A stretch of 64,000 nucleotides of DNA from a virus: IMG/VR virus record IMGVR_UViG_3300032242_001644, positions 22,413-86,412 of that record; one strand, 5' to 3'. This document shows, piece by piece, positions 57,901 to 64,000 of this stretch. Position 1 is the first letter of the stretch. Every line of letters starts with the position of its first letter. Below the pieces are notes generated by a model. That model worked only from the letters and a program-made list of their open reading frames with translations. It made no database searches and was not told the DNA's origin. Position numbers and translations under genes: made by a program.

Positions 57901-59698
57901 GTGTTAAGTTTAAATTGTCAGTATTTGATACTAGATTAACATCTCCATATGTACTTGAAATTGTATTTCCGTTAAATTTTATATTTCCAGTAGAAACTAA
58001 AGTTGAATTAATTTTAGTTTCAGATCCAGCAGTGGCAAAATTAATAGAAGATGCCCCTTGTGCGGTTACACCTACTCCATTAAATGTTACATCTCCCGTT
58101 GCATGGTCAACTGAAAATGCATCGCCTACACGAAATGTTCCTCTATTATCTAAACTTTGATAATATACACGGCCGCCGCCTATTTCAATAACTTCATTAG
58201 TTTGATTGTTTACTGACGGATCGTTAACAACATCTGTTCCGGCACCCACGTATGCAAAATTATAATCAACAAGATATATTAATGTATTTGGGCCATCTGC
58301 ATATGCACCATATATTCCGTATACTGTGGCAGATCCAATACTTCTTACCTCGGCACCATATCTAGTAACACCAAGATTTGCGTCGTATCTTCCGATACCT
58401 GTAGTTGCATGAAGAGAAATATTTGCAAAGTAGGTAAAACAATTTAACCATTCAACACGCACACCGTTAGTCATGGTCAATGCATCGGCGTTGGGCGTAA
58501 TCATTGTTACGCTTTGGAATAACATACTTGCTTCTTTAGTTGAAGTATTTGCCACGGCGCCGTCAACCAGTGCTCCTCGACCAGCATCGTGGGCATTGAC
58601 CATTGTTTCTTTGGTAATAATAGAAACATTTTGGATATACGGGCTACGAGTTGTTACCTTAATGTCCGATGCAAATCTAAAAGCATATCCAGTATCGGCA
58701 CTACTACTATAATAAAAATCCTTAACTGTTAAGTCATTAATGGTAGTTTCACCATTTAATAAAAATACATCTTTGTTATTTGTCCCAACTGTGGGTACAA
58801 TAGTAACTGATCGTATGCCAGTTCCTCTAACAGTTACACCGGCCGGCACTGTCAACGGTAGTATTTCAGTATATGTTCCAGGGTATATTAAAATCTCATC
58901 ACCTGCTGATGCCGATAGCAATGCTTTTTTAATTGTTAAAAATGTATTGGCTTCATGATCACCATAGTTAGCGTCGTTACCGTTTACTGACACATACCAA
59001 AGTTTACCCGGACGTAATGTTAAATTTACACTACCTGATTCAAAAACATCAGTAGTAATAGTTTGTCCGTTTAATAAGTTTGCATAGGTATTAAGCCACC
59101 TGTTTCCACCAGTTGCAGGATCTTCGCCTAATGAATAAAAAGTATCCTGTGTTGGCAAGAAGTTGCTGTTAACACCTGCTGCAATATTAACTTGATCTTG
59201 AGAACTATTGTTACCAAATACAATAGTACCATCAATTAAAATATCCCCACTGGCATAGATATCTCCAGTTACATTTAAATTAGTTGGGATTTCAACTGTG
59301 CCAACACCGTGTGGGCGTAGTTCTATTGATTGGTTAGTTGTTGTAGACGAGATAATATTATCATTGAAATTTAAATCGTCTGTGCGTATATTAGGAGATA
59401 TAATGCTGCCAAGTGCATTTAAGTATAAATTGCCCGTGGTAGAGCTAATTGTATTAGCATTAGGAGTGTTAATTGTTAAGGTTGGTAATTTAAGAGCGTT
59501 TGCAATTAAATCAGTTGTCTTAAAAGATGAATTTACGTTTAATGCAGTCTGTGCATCAGTTGCGCTGGTGTTTATACCAATGCTTTTATTAGTAACATCA
59601 AGGTATAGTAGTGTATCATCTACTGAAAGATCAATACCTTGTCGCTCAAGGTTGTCCCTGAGCATTACACCTGAAATTCGCCCTAGTTCTTGTCCCAT
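54929..59698 (-). CDS. Giant fibre protein, paralog of 48650..54808
   Basis: Shares LGRISG..L..NL.R.G.DL, KVTTRSPY..N.S and EWLN.FTYFA with the neighbour; ends DLWGLILG. Start set at ATG 59698 (GGAG RBS; ATAAATA at 59720-59714). Confidence 0.85.
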   Translation of the reverse strand: MGQELGRISGVMLRDNLERQGIDLSVDDTLLYLDVTNKSIGINTSATDAQTALNVNSSFKTTDLIANALKLPTLTINTPNANTISSTTGNLYLNALGSIISPNIRTDDLNFNDNIISSTTTNQSIELRPHGVGTVEIPTNLNVTGDIYASGDILIDGTIVFGNNSSQDQVNIAAGVNSNFLPTQDTFYSLGEDPATGGNRWLNTYANLLNGQTITTDVFESGSVNLTLRPGKLWYVSVNGNDANYGDHEANTFLTIKKALLSASAGDEILIYPGTYTEILPLTVPAGVTVRGTGIRSVTIVPTVGTNNKDVFLLNGETTINDLTVKDFYYSSSADTGYAFRFASDIKVTTRSPYIQNVSIITKETMVNAHDAGRGALVDGAVANTSTKEASMLFQSVTMITPNADALTMTNGVRVEWLNCFTYFANISLHATTGIGRYDANLGVTRYGAEVRSIGSATVYGIYGAYADGPNTLIYLVDYNFAYVGAGTDVVNDPSVNNQTNEVIEIGGGRVYYQSLDNRGTFRVGDAFSVDHATGDVTFNGVGVTAQGASSINFATAGSETKINSTLVSTGNIKFNGNTISSTYGDVNLVSNTDNLNLTQNILANKDISVGNNFSVKGTLTLGDQLVDMTEFKADTSSDILPSADRRFSLGNDTFVTGLGEPLILPGKRWNKIINQLSVIDSNIQIFDNIIQTTLSNADLELRTHGSGKILFENNELLISNQLTVNGTSTTKNVNITGYIHQTGSTTQTGNRNVSNGIGLTGNISATVQAAFETITVSAGQIATTASNADLELYAAGSGQVLVPVADVQIQNNLNALGITTVGNASITDTLSLPRLNDSDIVIFDNQIATTGLNHNLLLKAHSTGKVIGVSNVEITNNLKVDGLSTLANTVINGAITHTGASNQTGNTIQTGNYNLSRNLTVTQAAYFNNINIVNNQITTVNTNSDLELRAAGTGKVLVNDNLTITNNLRVVGTTTTNGITNSGTITADTFTEGNIVITQNYIATTVGNDNLILSPNLSGKVSAASNSVLISNDLAVTGTSTLGNTVIGNALAPVLLTHIGTSNQTGNSNQTGDYTLSNNLTVTQAAYFNNVDIVNNIISTSDTNADLELRAAGTGRVVIDDVFRVAANLQVDGSTTTAGITNSGTITSDRFSDGTIVFKDNYITTLGNVDLVLRATKDIHLAYDPLLIDHELKVSGATSIKNLVIANELLTGNKTQTGNVVQTGNFSISNNLTVTDTSAFFAEMSIVNNVITTTASNADLELRAAGSGVVRVGYDNVAITNQLRVNGTTATTTINNSGTVYSDMFTNGNLIISQNYITSQPSTNIKLVAAGLGNVTLPKITFDANSIKATALNDNIELTVGAGSAIISATNALKIPSGTTAARSTNNIGDIRLNTSDTLFSGWNGARVTFGGLFSTDRRTTVLAHPTNNSINFVANNTTAMTLTSAGLNLNSMLVNNNLQFSGNTISSTSVGSDIVLTPDNAGQLKLGNIEFNTNNIQNEDPTSAIVVQNTGYGYVQFGGAGGIGIPAGDEASRPTNPVLGDFRFNTNLSVAEVFNGIEYVSLGGGNVALLNAAEIAAITDLWGLILG

Positions 59699-59746
59699 AG
59701 TAGTCTCCAATAGTATTTATTGGATATGAGAGCTATTGACTTTTGG

Positions 59747-60547
59747 TTACGTGTCGAAACCTGTAATTACAGTAACGTATACTGTACCATACACGCCCAG
59801 ACTTGGCACAGGAGTGGCAAAGTTAATATAATAACCTGTTGGGTAGGCAAGATTAGTCAGAGTTGATTTACCCACAATAGTAACACTTGGGCCTGCAACG
59901 GCTGTGTTTATTGTTTGTGAAACAACAATAGTTGATGCTGTTACACCAGTAACTGTTAGATTACCGTTGTTAGTGGTGCTGCCGGATACTGTAATAGTTT
60001 GTCCAGTATGGAATCCAGCTGTTAAAAAATTTATTGTTGCAGTATTACTACTGGTAATTGTTTTTGTGCCTGATGTAAAACTAATAATTGTACCTGTTAC
60101 ATTACAGGGATTTTGTATAACTGTATAGTTGGTTCCAAACAGTTGAAATACGTTTTCAACATAGACCATTAATTGTGCGCCGGTCCATGGTGCACCGTTT
60201 TCAATAGTCGCTGGAGGTGTTGGACTCAATGGTCCGAATAGTGTTTCAACTGTATCACCAGAACCCAATGTGCTGTAGGTTACCTGTGATGGTACTTTAA
60301 ATTTAACGTTACGCCATGCACCTGCTTGATACACTTCAAATTCGCCATAGCCTGCACCAAGTACCTGCGTGTTCATTCTCATTTGGCCTTCTTTTGCTAA
60401 ACTAGTTTGTGGACGTTGAGCATCATTTCCAACAGGAATCTGTAGACTATTCTTCGAATTAGTTACAATTCTGCCGTAGGGATTTACAAGAAGTGTTCGA
60501 TCACTTACAGAAAATTTAGAAATGTTTTTTGTTTTTAAAAATTTCAT
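59747..60547 (-). CDS. Virion structural protein (hypothetical)
   Basis: LQIPVG.DAQRP...EGQMRMNT...FEVY motif shared with the C-termini of the giant fibres. Confidence 0.7.
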   Translation of the reverse strand: MKFLKTKNISKFSVSDRTLLVNPYGRIVTNSKNSLQIPVGNDAQRPQTSLAKEGQMRMNTQVLGAGYGEFEVYQAGAWRNVKFKVPSQVTYSTLGSGDTVETLFGPLSPTPPATIENGAPWTGAQLMVYVENVFQLFGTNYTVIQNPCNVTGTIISFTSGTKTITSSNTATINFLTAGFHTGQTITVSGSTTNNGNLTVTGVTASTIVVSQTINTAVAGPSVTIVGKSTLTNLAYPTGYYINFATPVPSLGVYGTVYVTVITGFDT

Positions 60548-60885
60548 ACTGTTAATGTACTAACTGTTGCTGTAATTCTTCCAGATCCGTTGATTGCTGT
60601 TAGTTTACCCGATACAAAATCAGTGTTGGCCAATACTAGTCTTTCAGTATCAAAGAATACTGTTTCTCCTGCAGGAATATTTAAATTTTTAACAATGCAA
60701 TTATCGTCACTTACAGTCAATCCGCCACGTATCACATGCAGTTCTAAAGAAACTGCATTTATAGTTTCGTCGGCAGCATTAGGAGTTGCAGTATTGCAAA
60801 AAATCATAACTGTAATTGCATTTGCTCCTGAGCTAGTGTACAGAGTTGTATCTGTTCCGCTGGTAATTGGTGTACTTGTAATCAT
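60544..60885 (-). CDS. Small beta-sandwich adaptor-like protein
   Basis: 113 aa; TLYT...IFCN...IVKNLNIPAGET...RLVL. Confidence 0.7.
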   Translation of the reverse strand: MITSTPITSGTDTTLYTSSGANAITVMIFCNTATPNAADETINAVSLELHVIRGGLTVSDDNCIVKNLNIPAGETVFFDTERLVLANTDFVSGKLTAINGSGRITATVSTLTV

Positions 60886-60894
60886 CGTAATCTC

Positions 60895-61839
60895 TTAAAA
60901 TAACATGCTAAAAACTAATGCTTTGTTTTTACTTATTAACTCATCGGACTTGGATGAATTAACGAAATATATTCCACTATCTGCTGCACCGGGCGTTTTA
61001 CTATAAACAATGCTGGTTCCACTAACTGAAGATGGATCTACAGTTATTTGATCCAACTGTATTGCATAATTTGTTTCTACCTTACCTGTTCCGTTGGTTA
61101 ACAATAACAGGTTGCTAGTAGAATTTGTATTCTCAATAATGTTTTGTCTAAATTCAAGATCATGAATAAATGTTTTATCAGAAAACGCTGTTACATTATT
61201 GTGTCCATCAACTGTTAATCGAATAGAGCTAAAAGAAACACCGTCATTTAATACGTCTTTATCTCTTGCAATAACAGTAGTATCATCAGATCCTAACGAC
61301 GGTTGAGGAGCTCTGTTGGCAATGGCATAGTCAACATATCCTTTGTTGGGAATATCGTTGTCTCTACCTCTATTTCTAATCTGTGTTGTATAATCGTTTG
61401 GTGCCATTATTGTTGGCACGGTAATTACACCTATGTGATCACCAATTAGAGCTAGATCACCACCACTGACTGTGGCATCGGTAATAATTGTTCTTACCTT
61501 AATTTTACTATTTGTTGAAGTATAGCCTGCTTGCGTATTTTCAACAAACTCCCACGCTGACGACGTTTCGTTATACAGCACTGCAACATTATTTGCACTA
61601 CCTCTGTTAACTTCAATGCCTGCATAGGTTAATGTAATACCAGAGTGACTTGGGGACTCTCCAGTATTGACATTGATAATATTATCTTCAATGTATAAGT
61701 TATTCACATTTACGTCGGTACGTGTACCCTGAACCGTGAGGTTCCCAGTTATAACAACCAAACTAGTATCTAAGGTAATAGTTCCGTTGTTAGTTGCCTG
61801 TACTTTGTAGTCGCCGTTGGTGCGAATAACTTGAGTCAT
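60895..61839 (-). CDS. Fibre-like structural protein
   Basis: ITGNLTVQGT..IEDNII..N...AGIEVNRG and IPNKGYVD motifs; ends KALVFSMLF. Confidence 0.75.
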   Translation of the reverse strand: MTQVIRTNGDYKVQATNNGTITLDTSLVVITGNLTVQGTRTDVNVNNLYIEDNIINVNTGESPSHSGITLTYAGIEVNRGSANNVAVLYNETSSAWEFVENTQAGYTSTNSKIKVRTIITDATVSGGDLALIGDHIGVITVPTIMAPNDYTTQIRNRGRDNDIPNKGYVDYAIANRAPQPSLGSDDTTVIARDKDVLNDGVSFSSIRLTVDGHNNVTAFSDKTFIHDLEFRQNIIENTNSTSNLLLLTNGTGKVETNYAIQLDQITVDPSSVSGTSIVYSKTPGAADSGIYFVNSSKSDELISKNKALVFSMLF

Positions 61840-61853
61840 TGTCTAATCCTAAA

Positions 61854-62249
61854 TTAGTATTTGCCAGTTACTAGTGTTAGCTGAATATAATCTTCAGAAG
61901 AATCATTCACTAGAACCCATGTGTAGCGATTACCACTGAAATCAGTAGCAGTACGCTTGTGCAATTGGCGAATAACCACTGGGCCGTTGTCTGCTGCTTG
62001 GCCTTGATTTGTGTAACCAGTCATGACCATTTGTCCCGCAGCAGTAATACTGGAGACTAGTAAACACTTGCCTGTACCGTCGGCGTTGGTTACTTTGTAA
62101 CTTCTTGATCCTGTTTGTTTTACAATGTAGGCTGCTTTTGCAGTACCAAATGTAGGAATACGGGCAGATACTTTGATACCTGCTTGTGTTGTTGCGTAGT
62201 CACCAAATACTAATGTACCGGCAACATCTCTTTTTACTGGGCGTCCCAT
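61854..62249 (-). CDS. MGRP-family small protein (possible capsid-associated)
   Basis: MGRP start and YIVKQTGSRSYKV motif shared with the N-terminal domain of 62346..63416. Confidence 0.7.
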   Translation of the reverse strand: MGRPVKRDVAGTLVFGDYATTQAGIKVSARIPTFGTAKAAYIVKQTGSRSYKVTNADGTGKCLLVSSITAAGQMVMTGYTNQGQAADNGPVVIRQLHKRTATDFSGNRYTWVLVNDSSEDYIQLTLVTGKY

Positions 62250-62339
62250 TTTGTTTCTCCTTAATGTATTGACGTTCTAGGTCTACGGGGATGGTACCCC
62301 ATAAAGTCCGGACCTATTTTAGCGGACAGTTATATTTAT
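62250..62339 (-). ncRNA. Conserved structured leader, copy 1
   Basis: ATAAATA box, hairpin UAUGGGG/CCCCGUA, GACCUAGAACGUC, then an AAGGAG RBS. Confidence 0.65.
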
Positions 62340-62345
62340 TACAGA

Positions 62346-63416
62346 TTAAAATCCGCCTGTTGCTGTGTTATAGGCAAACTGAAGACCCGGTCCGTTTAGT
62401 TTTGTACCATCTTGACCAAGTGCAAATAATTGAAAATTACATCCGCCATTGTACTCGGTCATCCAAATACGGATTGGATACCATTTTGTAGAATCCATAG
62501 TTAAACTATTACGAGCACCACATTGAGCAGCTTGCCCTGGCATAGTTTTATTTGAACTATATAAATCATAGTTTGAAACAGTATATCCGCTTACTGCGTT
62601 ACTACCGATCCATACTGCGTTGTCATCGTCTGACTGACTAAAGAAGTTCCATTTTTGTGTTGTTGGAACTTTTACATAGCCCAGCCACTCCATTGAGAAG
62701 TTTTGTTGTCCTAATACTGCTCCATCGCTTTGCTGACCCCAACTTATGTATGTATCAACTACATCTGCTAAATGTTGGCCAGTTGTAAACAACGAAGTGT
62801 TCCAAGAACCGATAGCAGAACCTGCGGCAGTACCTAAATTACCATTGTATTTTCTACGTAGTAATCCTGTAGCTGAGTTAGATACTGTACTAATACCACC
62901 GCTGGCTGTGGCCGGAGTTCCTCTATCTGCATAGCTAACACCAGTAAATGCTGTAACTGCTGTTTTGAATGTTCCAGAACCTGGAATTGGGTATGTTACG
63001 TCAATGTCATCACCTTCTAAATCAACAGAGTTATTCATTGCGGCATTTGTACCAGCTTCTTCAACTTGCCAACGTCCATCAGTTGTACTTGTATCAAAAC
63101 TCCATGGCATGCTACGATCTTGGCCGTTGTAATAGAACGTTGCTTTGTGGCGGGCAATTTTTGTTGCCTGTTGAATTGTGTTGTCATCATACTTAAATGT
63201 GATAGACATTTCACCTGCTTGTAGGTCTGCGCTGGCTTTATCTTTTAGATAACAAATAGCAGTAACGCCATTCTCATCTTTGCATTTGAATCTTTTAGAA
63301 CCTGTTTGTTCTACAATGTAACCTTTGACACTTGAAGTACCATTATGAAATTGTACTTTAAGATTATTGAGTACATTTGCACCAAAGAATTGTTGTTTGC
63401 TTAATGGACGTCCCAT
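62346..63416 (-). CDS. MGRP-domain protein fused to a PA14/GLEYA-like carbohydrate-binding domain
   Basis: PA14 signature FSMEWLGYVKVP....WNF...SDD...VWIG...YPIRI..EY.GG; gene follows gp23. Confidence 0.75.
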   Translation of the reverse strand: MGRPLSKQQFFGANVLNNLKVQFHNGTSSVKGYIVEQTGSKRFKCKDENGVTAICYLKDKASADLQAGEMSITFKYDDNTIQQATKIARHKATFYYNGQDRSMPWSFDTSTTDGRWQVEEAGTNAAMNNSVDLEGDDIDVTYPIPGSGTFKTAVTAFTGVSYADRGTPATASGGISTVSNSATGLLRRKYNGNLGTAAGSAIGSWNTSLFTTGQHLADVVDTYISWGQQSDGAVLGQQNFSMEWLGYVKVPTTQKWNFFSQSDDDNAVWIGSNAVSGYTVSNYDLYSSNKTMPGQAAQCGARNSLTMDSTKWYPIRIWMTEYNGGCNFQLFALGQDGTKLNGPGLQFAYNTATGGF

Positions 63417-63487
63417 TTGTTTCTCCTTAAATTGACGTTCTAGGTCTACGCGGTGGGTGCCGCATAATAATTAGACATAGTATTTAG
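63417..63487 (-). ncRNA. Conserved structured leader, copy 2
   Basis: CTAAATA box, hairpin UAUGCGG/CCGCGUA, GACCUAGAACGUC, then an AAGGAG RBS. Confidence 0.65.
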
Positions 63488-63491
63488 CCAC

Positions 63492-63521
63492 AAAAGAAAA
63501 AGGACTCCGAAGAGTCCTTTT
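63492..63521 (-). terminator. Rho-independent terminator with cUUCGg tetraloop after the major capsid gene
   Basis: AAAAGGACTC-TTCG-GAGTCCTTTTTCTTTT on the minus strand. Confidence 0.92.
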
Positions 63522-63548
63522 CTTGTTTAACAAACTATTAGGTTTGAA

Positions 63549-64000
63549 TTAGCTGAAAGATACAGAAGTATCAGTAATGCCAACTTGACCTAGGTAGTCA
63601 GCTGCGTTACCTAGAGAAGACGCAGCGTTAGACAACTCAACATAACCATAACGTGTCATGAATGAAACGACTGGTTCGAATGTTGATGGATCCAATACAA
63701 CACCACTGCTCATCAATGGAATGTATGGGCAATAGAATGCAGGAGCGTCAGACTCAGAAGCGCCTTTGTAACCAACTAGTACGCCTGTGCTGTCAGCGGC
63801 ATAACCGTCAACATAAACACGCATAGAGCTGTTCAATGTACCAACGAACTTAGTGTTTGTTGGAGCTTCGAATGTGCCTTCTGTAGTACGAGCAAACGCA
63901 CTGGTTGTAGCAGACTGAAGAATTGTCAATGCTTGGTTAGAAACAACAGCCCAGTTACCAGAACCACGACGTGTACGTTGAGCAATCAAGTTGCTAACAC
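63549..64000 (-). CDS. gp23: Major capsid protein (gp23-like), C-terminal part
   Basis: IAQRTRRGSGN, VGYKG, AFYCPYIPL and DPSTFEPVVSFMTRYG; the frame continues off the right edge. Confidence 0.95.
   Translation of the reverse strand, partial: VSNLIAQRTRRGSGNWAVVSNQALTILQSATTSAFARTTEGTFEAPTNTKFVGTLNSSMRVYVDGYAADSTGVLVGYKGASESDAPAFYCPYIPLMSSGVVLDPSTFEPVVSFMTRYGYVELSNAASSLGNAADYLGQVGITDTSVSFS

Noticed and set aside
16557-60898. Dozens of 60-200 aa plus-strand ORFs rich in Val/Pro/Ala opposite the giant genes
   Set aside because: They are antisense shadows of Thr/Gly/Asn codon bias, with no RBS or recognisable motifs.
62271-62283. GTTCTAG resembles the preQ1-I riboswitch loop
   Set aside because: The match is on the strand antisense to the gene, and the P1 stem and A-rich tail are missing.
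1-64000. Stop-codon reassignment, CRISPR arrays, tRNA genes
   Set aside because: Genes are full length and tightly packed in the standard code. No repeat-spacer array or cloverleaf was seen in the few intergenic gaps.

Overview
This 64 kb window is the virion-morphogenesis region of a large, AT-rich, T4-like (myovirus) phage genome, read in the standard genetic code and mostly on the minus strand. The left part holds terminase large and small subunits, the gp4 head-completion nuclease, tail tube and a tube paralog, an enlarged tail sheath, dNMP kinase and the neck/terminator genes gp13, gp14 and gp15. A GIY-YIG homing endonuclease sits between gp14 and gp15. About 45 kb of very large Thr/Ser/Gly-rich fibre-like genes follow, with a block of enzymes embedded in them: a GT9-like glycosyltransferase, a NodU-type carbamoyltransferase, a 2OG-Fe(II) oxygenase, an SGNH-like protein and a degenerate GmhB-like protein. 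That block lies beside three Cys/Gly-rich paralogs and their chaperones. The window ends in the C-terminus of major capsid protein gp23. The best leads are: (1) the enzyme cassette as a candidate virion glycosylation/tailoring system; (2) an endonuclease that appears to have taken the gp15 start codon, leaving the gp15 N-terminus behind an ATT; (3) two classes of structured 5'-leader RNA, one duplicated with compensatory changes; (4) a recurring pairing of a hydrophobic C-terminal peptide with a small adaptor gene, including a 22-repeat array inserted inside an adaptor domain; (5) T4-type late promoter architecture (bidirectional, leaderless and hairpin-gated). All family calls come from reading motifs by eye; no database searches were run.
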